Virus record (IMG/VR): IMGVR_UViG_2563366977_000001
Coordinates: 15,651 to 79,650 of that record
Strand: one strand, 5' to 3'
Origin: a virus
Lineage: Duplodnaviria; Heunggongvirae; Uroviricota; Caudoviricetes
Length of the DNA: 64,000 bases
The notes under the pieces: generated by a model
What the model was told of the DNA's origin: nothing
The model's input: the letters and a program-made list of their open reading frames with translations, nothing else
Databases searched by the model: none
In this document: piece by piece, positions 47,557 to 57,200 of the stretch
How positions within the stretch are numbered: position 1 is the first letter of the stretch
Layout of the letters: each line of letters starts with the position of its first letter
Position numbers and translations under genes: made by a program

Positions 47557-48128
47557 AAAACCTCCCAGTCAGTAGCGATAATATCAACACCAGTTGCAAA
47601 CCAGTCTGTCTGCGCCTGTAAATCCCCATTCATCATTACCAGGCGAGGCATAACCATCACATCACAACCTTCAACAATATCGAATGCCTCTTCCGGCAGG
47701 AATTCGACGAGCTTTTCTTTGCTACCAACACTGCCACGGAGCATCGATATATAGCTCCCTTTAGGCCATGATGTTCGCCGGGCATCAAGCCCCTTCATCA
47801 TCCAGTAAAAGGCCGATGAGAACGGGATGTTCTTTTTGGCGATGAGCACGTTATTCGCTTCTGTGTACTTCAGGAACTTAACTAACCTTACCATCGACTC
47901 GGATAACGCAATGTACGGCTCGTGATTGATTGCTGACACACTTACGCCGTGCAGTCCAACACTTACCACTGTCATATCACCGTTCTGTGCGGTTTCGATG
48001 TTGACGCCTTTACGAACTAACGCTGCATAAAGCTCCTCGCGCTTTTGCGTCCAGCATTCTCGTCGCCCTATAAAGTCACTCAAAACGAGATCATCTTCTG
48101 AATACGCGTTATCGTTCGCCGTTAACAT
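47553..48128 (-). CDS. Hypothetical protein
   Basis: 191-aa ORF overlapping next gene by 4 nt. Confidence 0.35.
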   Translation of the reverse strand: MLTANDNAYSEDDLVLSDFIGRRECWTQKREELYAALVRKGVNIETAQNGDMTVVSVGLHGVSVSAINHEPYIALSESMVRLVKFLKYTEANNVLIAKKNIPFSSAFYWMMKGLDARRTSWPKGSYISMLRGSVGSKEKLVEFLPEEAFDIVEGCDVMVMPRLVMMNGDLQAQTDWFATGVDIIATDWEVF

Positions 48129-48582
48129 AACGTCTCCTTTTTTACACGCGCGACTATCCCCCGGCTGAACCGGTAGTGACGTCGTAACTTCGTATTAATT
48201 AAGGGTTACAGCCTGAGCGGCTATATGATGAATTGAAAGGAGTTGTGGCGGTGGTGCCTCCACCTGCCAGGTTAGCCACGCCCGGCGACGACACTTATCA
48301 GAACGTAGTGAATGAAAATGGCTTCGTCACGAGCGCATAGCCGCAATTACCACAACGGAGAAGGCGCTCGTATTAATTAAACACCTTTTCCTGTTGTACG
48401 CCGTGCTATTCCGGCTGTCACACCGAATCGCCAGGATGGTGAGTCCCTGAGTCCGCTATCCTACCAACGGTGACTTGCACATTCCGGCTACCTGATGTGC
48501 CCATGCAGTGTTAGTAAGGCACCTAACAGCTACACCAGACCGCTAACGACGCATGTGCCATACGCCGTGTTACAACCAAATG

Positions 48583-48658
48583 TGGTGGCCCCTACCGGAC
48601 TTGAACCGGTGACCGTGCGATTATGAGTCGCCCGCTCTAACCACTGAGCTAAAGGGCC
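48583..48658 (-). tRNA. tRNA with CAU anticodon, most similar to tRNA-Ile2 (lysidine) rather than tRNA-Met
   Basis: Hand-folded cloverleaf: acceptor GGCCCTT/AGGGGCC, anticodon arm GGCGA-CTCATAA-TCGC, T-loop GGTTCAAGTCC, 3' CCA. Confidence 0.75.
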
Positions 48659-49087
48659 AGATTACTGTTAATTACGCTTACGCTTTTTGCCAGAACCGCG
48701 TAAGGCTTTTGCCGCTTGCTCTACCCCGTATGCAACCACCAGCAGAAACAATAATGTCCACTCCGGGTTTTTATCGGCAAACGCCCAAAAATCCATCACT
48801 TGCAGCCACCTTTTAAGACAAAACGCCATTGCTGTTAGGTTGCGGTGCCGGGTGCCTCCCGGTGACGTTAACCAGTTAACAATTAACGCCGGATCACTTA
48901 TGGATTCTCGTTACGCCAGTAAAAAGACCACCTTTACTGTTTTAACTGTTCCGCGTGCGCTTAGCCGCATTCACCGCAATGGTAAGAGCATTTGGCTGAC
49001 TGGGCGGCGATGACGCCTGTACGCATTTGGTGATCCGGTTCTGCTTCCGGCATTCGCTTAATTAGCCAAATACTCTTAACGTTGCGA

Positions 49088-49174
49088 TGGCGGAGAGTAA
49101 TGGAATCGAACCATCATCGCTTGCGCGACGGGACGGTTTTCAAGACCGCTTGAGCACCATGCTCCCTACTCTCC
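49088..49174 (-). tRNA. tRNA-Ser (UGA anticodon), long variable arm
   Basis: Acceptor GGAGAGT/ACTCTCC, discriminator G, anticodon loop CTTGAAA, 17-nt variable arm, T-loop TTCGATT, CCA. Confidence 0.6.
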
Positions 49175-49415
49175 AGTGATTGTGGTGGTCGGTACTGATC
49201 TCCGACTGCGCCTCTTTTTTTCATAGCCCATAAGGCCGGTCAGTGCGCTTGATGACTGAGGCATCGATATTTACTACGCCGCCTCGTTGCCATAGGGCGG
49301 ACTTGCGCGCCAGCAACGCGCATTCACCACAACGGAAAGAGCATTTATGGCTCGCATCGCGGGAAAAAGCCCACGGTAGAGAGTCGAACTCTACAAATGC
49401 TCTTACCTGTTGTGT

Positions 49416-49491
49416 TGGTGCCGGTTAACGGGATCGAACCGCTGACCATTCGCTTACAAAGCGACTGCTCTACCAACTGAGCTAAACCGGC
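49416..49491 (-). tRNA. tRNA-Thr (UGU anticodon)
   Basis: Acceptor GCCGGTT/AACCGGC, D-arm AGCTCAGTTGGTAGAGC, anticodon loop TTTGTAA, T-loop GGTTCGATCC, CCA. Confidence 0.8.
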
Positions 49492-49495
49492 AATT

Positions 49496-49582
49496 TGGTG
49501 GGGAGTGATGGAGTCGAACCACCCGAGTCGCAATGACAGTAGATTTACAGTCTACACCGCTACCTCTACGGACTAACTCCCC
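49496..49582 (-). tRNA. tRNA-Tyr (GUA anticodon)
   Basis: Acceptor GGGGAGT/ACTCCCC, anticodon arm GTAGA-CTGTAAA-TCTAC, long variable arm, CCA. Confidence 0.8.
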
Positions 49583-49587
49583 TAAAT

Positions 49588-49662
49588 TGGCGATGGTGGG
49601 TGGATTCGAACCACCGACCAGTTGGTTAACAGCCAACTGCTCTACCGCTGAGCTACACCATC
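49588..49662 (-). tRNA. tRNA-Asn (GUU anticodon)
   Basis: Acceptor GATGGTG/CACCATC, anticodon arm GTTGG-CTGTTAA-CCAAC, T-loop GGTTCGAATCC, CCA. Confidence 0.85.
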
Positions 49663-50121
49663 ACTTGCCGGGTACGTCTCCGGCGAGGGCTTCCACCTCC
49701 GTATGCTTTTCGGCGCACCGCGCCCTGGCTGCAATTCGGTAACAGGGGATGCATAACCCTGGCTTCCAGCGTGATTAGCGCCTTCAGCATGACGGGATAT
49801 ACCCGTTACAAGACATTATTCCAGAAAGCCATTAACCAATGGCTGTTACGCGGGAAGGACGTAACAGGTAAGGGCGCTGACCAGAAAGACCTGACCCTTC
49901 TCATTCATCTGGTTAATCACACCAGCGCCCTTGCCTGTTATGCCTCCCCGTTCCCTAATACACAGACGGGGACACTCTGCGGTCGATTTTTTGACGGGGG
50001 ACGACTCATACCCCGTGGCGTCAGGCTTCTTAGGCCGCTACCATCATCAGATCATCGTTTGCATTTACTTTAATGGTCAGTTTCTAAACCGCCGCAAAGT
50101 CGCTAACCATGACGAAAACAC

Positions 50122-50148
50122 TGAAAAAACACCCACCCGAAGGTGGGC
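50122..50148 (-). terminator. Minus-strand rho-independent terminator
   Basis: GCCCACCTTCGGGTGGGTG hairpin followed by TTTTTT on minus strand. Confidence 0.5.
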
Positions 50149-50975
50149 AAATATCCCACTCGCGGTATTGCCACTTAGGCGTATGGTCAACCTGGCAACT
50201 CGGTGTCCTCAACGGGGAAGGAATAACCCCGCCATACTTACCGCCGCGCCTGTCGCGGTTATCGCTACGTATCAACATAAAAGCCGACTGCCTGAGCAAG
50301 ATTCACTTTCAAAGGCCCGCAGAAAGGAATCCATAGTCGGCTTTTATCTTGAAGCGGCTCTCTCTCCGCCCGTCACCGTCCTATCCCGGTTGTCGCGTTT
50401 GCCACGCCAGCCGTAACGAGGTTTAAAGTCTTTTCACGTTTTCATCACTCGACTGCCGTCTATGGCTGTTCGTTGCAGCGGGGGTGCCTCCCCCTGGGGA
50501 TATCCCCGGCCTTACCCCCATTCTTTCAAAACACAATGCAAGGCCACATCCGCATAGGTGCATTACCGCAACGTTAAGGAGACTCAGAGTCAGCAAAATA
50601 AGAGGAAAACCCAACTCTGCGCCTCCTTAACGTTGAGGATGTTCACTGATGATGACCCGATGCAGCCTGGCCCACTTAACATACTCACTGCCAGATCATC
50701 ATCAATGAACACCTTAAAAAGACCTTCCGTGGCTCAAGTCACTGTCGTTTACTCCGTAAAATGCTCTCGCTGAAACCACTTTACGCACTAAACCTGCCGG
50801 GCATGTATTTGCACGGTGCCGGAGCTTTCCCTTACCTTAAAATTTACTTTCTAACACTTAAATTTGTTTGATGCTGGTGGGGAAAGACAATGAAGTGACT
50901 ATCAAACCCGCAAGCGACATGGGAAGCTCCCCACCAGCACGAAAAATTCTATGTTAAGTTAACCCTATAATCAAT

Positions 50976-51008
50976 ATGTTAGAAAGACAATTTTAATTTT
51001 CTAACACA
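50976..51008. promoter_or_regulatory. Operator pair ATGTTAGAAAGACAA / AATTTTCTAACACA abutting stop of ORF 51009..52217; single copy at about 50841-50857
   Basis: Inverted pair of recurrent motif heading a 1.3-kb noncoding stretch upstream of the tRNA cluster. Confidence 0.45.
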
Positions 51009-52217
51009 TTATTTCCCGTAAAGATTTTCAACTCCACCGTTCTTCTTATCCCACTCGTTCGCCCATACCCGGCAAGCATCAATTATTTCCTGACGGCGAT
51101 CGCCCTGCATGAACGGAATGCTTTCATGAAAGCTGCTTGGAATGCAGGCCACACTGAACACTGTATCAAACTCAGTCTGCTTGATTGCCTCCAACGTCTC
51201 TGGACGCATTTTCAATTCGTCGATCGGTGCATCCTTAGAGTCCATAATCCGGCGATGCAAGCGTGGAAAATCCGTTTCAAGGTACGCCATAATTTTATCT
51301 GCCAGACATTCGTCTATGTCGGTATTCCAGTCAGTTTCGAAGCCAGGAATTCGGTAGTAAAGCGGCGTTCCCCATACTGATGGGATCACATCCATCGTCA
51401 GCAGGCGGCTGGTTCTGATTTGCTGATGGTAATTTGCCGTCAGCAACGCTTCGCCACGTTGCCCAGTCTCCGCGACCAGACCATGCGGAAACTCATGGAT
51501 ATAGGCAATAGCTTCTCTTCCGTCATACATTAGCGGGAATGTCTCTGGCCTTTGCCCCATGCCACAGGCGCGATTCAGATCATGACCAAGCTCTGAACAC
51601 TCTCGTTTCAATGTTTCAATAATGCTCTGCGCCGCTGCTAACTTTTTACGCAGTGTGACGAGTTCGCCTTGATACTCAACGCATTGCTGATTTAGCTTGG
51701 TTAAACGCTCTTTTAGTTCGCGACGCTCTCTTTTCAGCGTGCGGTTATCTTTCTCCGCAACATCCAGTCGTTTTGTCAGGCTTGGCGGATAGTCTTTTTT
51801 GTAACGACTCAAATCGACTTCAGCAGATTTGCGCAGTGTATTTGCCTGCTCAAGACGCGCCTCCAGATTGCCGATCTCATTACGCATATTCGCGGCAAAT
51901 TGATTAACTGCATCCCCCAGGCTTTCAACTGTCGCTGATACACCAGTGACTTGAGAAAAACGGATCAAGCCATCATTAACGGCTTGCTGATATTCCTCAA
52001 ACTGATCCACCAGCTTATTGTAATCAACTGCCCCATCATCAAGGAGCTGGTTGATTTCCGCCACCAGGTTATCTGTAGTGGCAATGACGCTCTCATGCAG
52101 TCGCTTTGACAGGTCATCGCCCGGATTTCGTTTCTGTATAAGCGCGATTTGTGTCCGCAGCGTTTCAATTGCGGTTGAGATGATCTCCAGGCTTGATGAT
52201 TCTACTTGCTGACTCAT
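51009..52217 (-). CDS. Hypothetical protein, N-terminal coiled coil
   Basis: 402-aa ORF; long heptad-like N-terminal half; operator motif 20-35 bp upstream. Confidence 0.45.
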   Translation of the reverse strand: MSQQVESSSLEIISTAIETLRTQIALIQKRNPGDDLSKRLHESVIATTDNLVAEINQLLDDGAVDYNKLVDQFEEYQQAVNDGLIRFSQVTGVSATVESLGDAVNQFAANMRNEIGNLEARLEQANTLRKSAEVDLSRYKKDYPPSLTKRLDVAEKDNRTLKRERRELKERLTKLNQQCVEYQGELVTLRKKLAAAQSIIETLKRECSELGHDLNRACGMGQRPETFPLMYDGREAIAYIHEFPHGLVAETGQRGEALLTANYHQQIRTSRLLTMDVIPSVWGTPLYYRIPGFETDWNTDIDECLADKIMAYLETDFPRLHRRIMDSKDAPIDELKMRPETLEAIKQTEFDTVFSVACIPSSFHESIPFMQGDRRQEIIDACRVWANEWDKKNGGVENLYGK

Positions 52218-52235
52218 GTTTGTTCCCTTCCTTGA

Positions 52236-52254
52236 AATTAGTTTTCTAACACAT
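52236..52254. promoter_or_regulatory. Operator-like motif (AATTAGTTTTCTAACACAT) upstream of ORF 51009..52217
   Basis: Recurrent motif followed by GGAAGGG RBS and ATG. Confidence 0.45.
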
Positions 52255-52295
52255 TTTATTAGTATGCAATTTCAATAAAAAGACTCAGGCAACAA

Positions 52296-52320
52296 AAAAC
52301 CCGCCAACTGGCGGGTTTAT
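52296..52320 (-). terminator. Minus-strand terminator (AAACCCGCCAGTTGGCGGGTTT + T-run)
   Basis: Perfect hairpin followed by TTTTTTG on minus strand, after stop of ORF 52327..52653. Confidence 0.55.
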
Positions 52321-52326
52321 GACCGT

Positions 52327-52653
52327 TTAGACGTGTTGGAGTAGCATGTATGCCATATAAATCAAAGCTATCAGTACGACAACTACCTCTGAAATTCTAA
52401 ACGCGCGCTTTACTATCTGCCGCTCACCGTGGGGTATACCATCCGAGTATTCCTGATCCGTCATTTTCCCCAGCCAGCTTACCGATAACAGAGCTGCATT
52501 CTCACTCATATCAAGTTCACTTACGGCCTCTCGTATAAGTGGCGCGGTTACTTTCCTGGAAGCAACTTTCATGGTTATGCTTCTGGTTCTTCCGGCGTCA
52601 TCAGCAAACGTCAGATTTACGTGGTGTTTTCTGCTCAATGAACAAACTCCCAA
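52327..52653 (-). CDS. Hypothetical protein with C-terminal TM helix
   Basis: 108-aa ORF; C-terminal VVVVLIALIYMAYMLL. Confidence 0.3.
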   Translation of the reverse strand: MGVCSLSRKHHVNLTFADDAGRTRSITMKVASRKVTAPLIREAVSELDMSENAALLSVSWLGKMTDQEYSDGIPHGERQIVKRAFRISEVVVVLIALIYMAYMLLQHV

Positions 52654-52835
52654 TCATTGGCTTTCGCGCTTTCCGGGGTAATGCATACCTTGTCGCCGGT
52701 AACTATGTTTCGGGCTTCTAATGCCCCATCATCCATCTTTTTAAGCTCTATACAGAAAGAATGAGGCCATGAGCAGCGACGAGCAACAACGTTAGCACCG
52801 GCAGGGATAAGTTCAGCCACGTTAAGTAAACGCAA
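52635..52835 (-). CDS. Hypothetical small protein
   Basis: 66-aa ORF in operon. Confidence 0.25.
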   Translation of the reverse strand: MRLLNVAELIPAGANVVARRCSWPHSFCIELKKMDDGALEARNIVTGDKVCITPESAKANDWEFVH

Positions 52836-52849
52836 AACGATTTCTCCGT

Positions 52850-53293
52850 TTAATCAAGATTTACATATTCCGTGATAGCTTTTATGGCTTCATCGGCACT
52901 GCGCGCCTCAAAGCAGTAATAGCCTGCTTCCGTGAGGCGGGTCATCCAGACGAGCTGTTCGGGAGTCAGACGGTTTCTCCCGTGCTTCATCTCAATGCGC
53001 ATTCCGTGATACCCACCACGAGCAAGGTCAATAGAAAGGTCCGGATAGCCCTTCTTCTGACCTTCTGCCACCATCTTAATGGCTGTCCTTTTGCCTCTCA
53101 GGCCGCCGTTCGGTGTTGAGTGTGTGTGCTCATACACGTATCGCATGTTGCGATACAGCCAATCCAGAACGCGAACCTGTTCGTAATGTTCGTAATTCCG
53201 TTTTAATAAGTCAGGATTTCTTTCTAACTCTCTCAGTGCAGCAGCGTGCGGGGATATTTCAGAATACGCACTATGATGCCTGCGTCTTCGCAT
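52850..53293 (-). CDS. VRR-NUC-like (PD-(D/E)xK) nuclease domain protein
   Basis: Trimmed to ATG 53293; GYPDLSIDL ... EMKHGRNRLTPEQ pattern; operator motif AAATTTCTAACACAAA abuts start. Confidence 0.5.
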   Translation of the reverse strand: MRRRRHHSAYSEISPHAAALRELERNPDLLKRNYEHYEQVRVLDWLYRNMRYVYEHTHSTPNGGLRGKRTAIKMVAEGQKKGYPDLSIDLARGGYHGMRIEMKHGRNRLTPEQLVWMTRLTEAGYYCFEARSADEAIKAITEYVNLD

Positions 53294-53482
53294 TAAATTT
53301 CTAACACAAACTTCCTGAAATAATGAACACGATAATAACAAGAGCGTTAGTTTTATCAAAACCGAGGGAAATACTACTAAAGAGATAGGCGGATGCAACA
53401 GGTCGGACTTGTTTTTAGAGTAAATGGTGATGCGGGTCAACAAGCCGGGTAAATTGTATGTCATTTACCCAACTTGTTATTT

Positions 53483-53743
53483 TTAATGGTTTATTTTATC
53501 CGGTTCGTTAATTTCCGTAACCGACTTGTCGATAGCAATCATCCATCCTTCATAGGATAAATCATCAACAAGCCCCACCAGCTTATCGTCAGTGTGCGGA
53601 AAATAAATCCATCCCCATTTCGAAGGGTTTTCTATATGCCGCAGGGTAAATACCCGCTTATAACGGTGGTATTCAAGGGCGTATCCCTTCCCTTGTGAGT
53701 ACGCTTTTAAGTCGTCGATCGTAAACCTACGATTCTTTCGCAT
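53483..53743 (-). CDS. Hypothetical protein
   Basis: 86-aa ORF. Confidence 0.3.
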   Translation of the reverse strand: MRKNRRFTIDDLKAYSQGKGYALEYHRYKRVFTLRHIENPSKWGWIYFPHTDDKLVGLVDDLSYEGWMIAIDKSVTEINEPDKINH

Positions 53744-53745
53744 GG

Positions 53746-54180
53746 CTACCCCACGATTCGATATTTCTCTATAGACTCGTCGTAACTTGTGTATACGTAT
53801 GGCTCTGTATCATCAGCATAAGGCGCGACTTCCAGAGCATGAACGGGATTGTATACCGCGTCATTTTCCAGGCGATCGCTCGAATACAGATGCCCGGCTA
53901 AAACCGTAAGCGCCGGGCGACTCATTTTGTAGATCTCTGCCACATCACTATCTACAACTTGTCCAAATGATATGTCGCCGCGCTCCAGCAATAACGTTTT
54001 AAGCGCAGGCCACCACGGCCCATAAAGGTGATAAAGCTGTGGATCTCTTTTCAGCCTTTCCACCATGCCATCCAGATATGCATCCAGAAACGCCTCTTCA
54101 CTCCTGCCATTGAGCGCCTGCGGCAAAATGTCCTCAAGGTAGGATTCCGTCGGTTTTACAGTGTCAATTAATGTCGTCAT
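53746..54180 (-). CDS. Hypothetical protein immediately downstream of darB
   Basis: 144-aa ORF. Confidence 0.35.
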   Translation of the reverse strand: MTTLIDTVKPTESYLEDILPQALNGRSEEAFLDAYLDGMVERLKRDPQLYHLYGPWWPALKTLLLERGDISFGQVVDSDVAEIYKMSRPALTVLAGHLYSSDRLENDAVYNPVHALEVAPYADDTEPYVYTSYDESIEKYRIVG

Positions 54181-54216
54181 TCAAATTCGGCCCCGGATGG
54201 GGCCGCTCCTTATCTG

Positions 54217-57200
54217 TTAGGCCGCATCGGCGATTATTTTACGCAGTTCATCTACCGAGTAACGCGTAGATACCATCCATGCCGGACGGTCAAAGTTCAC
54301 ATCAGCAACCGGGTTTGCTTCAAAATTCCAGAAACGCCCGCCAATCTTCTTAATCGCGTCTTTGGCGTTCCGTATTGTCGAGGAACCTGGTTGGTCGGCA
54401 ATGAGATAAACCGCACCGACGTCCTCGCTGACGCTCCACCAGCGCCCGCGAACACGCGCCTTCGCGCGAATCGGCTTATCATTAACCACAATGATATAGT
54501 CATCATTCGCCGCTTCATCAGCTCTGGCTTCAGCCACTGCCGCCTGCTCTTCTCTTTTGCTTTCAGCCTGTTCAAGCCTTTCCGCGATCTCTGATTCGGT
54601 GGCCCCGCCGTTTTTCAGCGATACATAGTCTTGCCACGTTGCTGATTTGAGCGCATCCGGCAACTCATTCACATAGTCACCGTCTTTCAACTCACGGGCG
54701 CGGCGGGTAGCCATTTCTACCAGGCGATTAACAGAAACAGCATCAGCAAAATCGTCCTTACTAATGTGTTTTTCATCAAATGCATTGATGACAGCCCCCA
54801 CCTTAATCCACTGTGCTGCCGGTGATTCCAGGGGGTTATCAGCCTGGACAATGGCGAGTTTCGCTCCATCTACCCCATTATTCGCCAACTGTTCCAGTGC
54901 CGCCCATCCATCTGCATCACTGAGTGATTTATATTGCTCAAACAATGCATCGCGCCAGGCCGCCAGCGCAGAACGTGTTTTTTCGATCTTCGTCTTAATT
55001 TTCGCGATCTTGACCTGATTAAACATCCGTTCAATATCATCGATATTGCTAAAGGCTTTCATCCTGCCCTTGAATAAACGGTATGCCAGCACGGTCCTCC
55101 AGAATGATTCCAGACCTTCTCCGGACGGTTTGCGGAACAAGCTAAGAATATCTTCAGAAGTGACTTTATTAAGCGAACGACCTGACAGACCACGCCCAGC
55201 CATCCAGTTTTCGAACTCCTGGGCAACATCATCCATCGTTGCCTGTGCGCCCCATGCCTGCATTCCCTGGATGTAATCATACCCATACAATGCCTGGAGG
55301 AATCCCTCACCGTCCACGATATTCAGCGGGTTATCACTGGCTTGTATTTTTGCCACTTCACGCTTCAGCGCCTCATCGTTGCCATCTGGATATATCCATC
55401 GTTCAGGTACTATATCCGATGCTCGCCCGATTTTTTGGCCTATCACGCCATCATAGGCCGATGACAGCGCGATCTGACCATCATCTGTGCGATATGCCCA
55501 GTATTTAATAGCTGACCCACCGCCCCATGCATTACCAGGTTTACCAGCAATAACATTCATTACCCCATTGCGAATAGCATCATAGAACTGATCGCGAGTA
55601 AGTATTGTTGATAGCTGGTGGCACTGAACACCACGCGCAGCCGTTGCGCGCGATTCAGCTACCCCCTCTTCAAAAGTTACCGCTTCAATCACAGAGTCAA
55701 ACGGCAATGTAACGATTGACCCCGGTGATCGAGCGTAACGACTTGCTCTATCCAGCCAGGCGATACGGCAGAGGTATTGTGCTTTTTCACCGTCAATTTT
55801 TTCCACCCGGACAATCGCTGTTGTTTCGCGATCATCAATGACTGCACGGTAATAACTACCTTTATGCAACAGGATATTCTTGTCAGTGCGCATATATTCC
55901 TGTGGGTTCTGAATAACATCGATACTGATATCCAGCACACCAGACTTAATAGCGCGCTCCACATCACCACGAGAGCGTTTCATTATGGTATCCGCGTCTT
56001 TTGCCCTGGTGATCGCAAACCGCAGCACCCGCGCACGTTTTCTGTAGCTACTCAACTGCTCAAGCGCGAATTTTTGCCCATTCCTGTTCGTACCCGCTTT
56101 TATCAGGTCGTCAAGATTTCGCTGGTAATACTCTATCTGTTCCATCGCGCTTTTCAGTTCTGTCTCCATCATGCCGATATCTTTTCCAGCGGCGTTTGCC
56201 GCTTTCAGGTAGATATCGAGAGCATTGTTGGCCTCGCGCTGTGCTTTCAGTTTCAGACGTTCTTCACGCTCTTGCGCCTGGCGAGCCATGATTGCGCGGC
56301 GTTCTTCCGGGTTTGCCGCCAGCATAATGGCGCGTTCATCAGCATCATCCGCATCACCATTGGCGATCTCTGACATGTCGGAGGTCATCACCATCTTGAT
56401 CCAGTCTTTCTTACGTTTCAGCGTATCCAGACGGAAGTCGTCGAATGTGCCTTTGCCACAATAGTAGTGAACATTGACCTTCTCTTGCGGTGAACCTACG
56501 CGCGCACCGCGCCCATTTCGTTGGTCGATACTGGCTGGTGTCCAGGGTAGTGTCAGGTGGTGGATATCGGTTGTCCCGATATGCAGGTTAATACCTACTT
56601 CAGCCTTCTTGTTACAGATAATGATGCGCGTGCGCCCTTCGTTATAGTCGGCGGCAATGCCTTCCATACCCTCAAGGCCAGCATCATTTTTAGCTGAGAG
56701 ATAATCCTCATATTGGGCAAGTTTGCTGTAGTAGGTTTCCCATGCCCCTTCTTTGTATTCACCGTTTTTATTCGGAGTAGGTTCAGTCGGCTTATTCACC
56801 TTCTTCAGCTTGATGCCGCCAGCCTGGCTAACGGTCGTCGCATTGATAATGCCTATCTCCTGCTCCGGCATTTGCAGTGCACTGGCGATAATACGGCGCA
56901 GCTTCTGGTGCTGGGCTTTTTCATCAATGAAGACAATTTGTTTACCGTTCTTCAGACCTTCACGAAGGTTTTCGATCAGCGCGGCATACTTCGGCGGGAT
57001 GGGGTGTGATACCTGCTGCAGATCAATCCCGGCGGCAGCAATGGCCTTCAGTATTTCAGCTTCCAGTTCAATGCTGGCACGTATTTCAACATGCGCCGGA
57101 TGTTCACTAAAGGTGGTCTTCACTACCTTACTGGTGCGCGTACTAACCAGCCCACCAGCGCCGTCTTCTTCGGCCTCGTCTGCATCATCTGCCACTTTAC

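Noticed and set aside
48186-48199. Exact loxP half-site TAACTTCGTAT in the intergenic region beside tRNA-Ile2, with a second CGTATTAATTAA repeat at about 48367
   Set aside because: No inverted partner arm within a spacer distance, and it does not match this element's own rox-like arm; chance expectation for an 11-mer in 64 kb on both strands is about 0.03, so it is noted but not called a recombination site.
49372-49415. tRNA-like T-arm hairpin (GTAGAGTTCGACTCTCTAC) between tRNA-Thr and tRNA-Ser
   Set aside because: Only a T-arm and a GC-rich 3' stem are present; no D-arm or anticodon arm can be folded, so it is a fragment or processing signal, not a sixth tRNA.
49663-50970. Short ORFs (49771..50073, 49931..50416, 50084..50299, 50109..50336, 50423..50614, 50558..50773)
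   Set aside because: They overlap one another on both strands, lack RBS and carry internal hairpins and a terminator; treated as noncoding.
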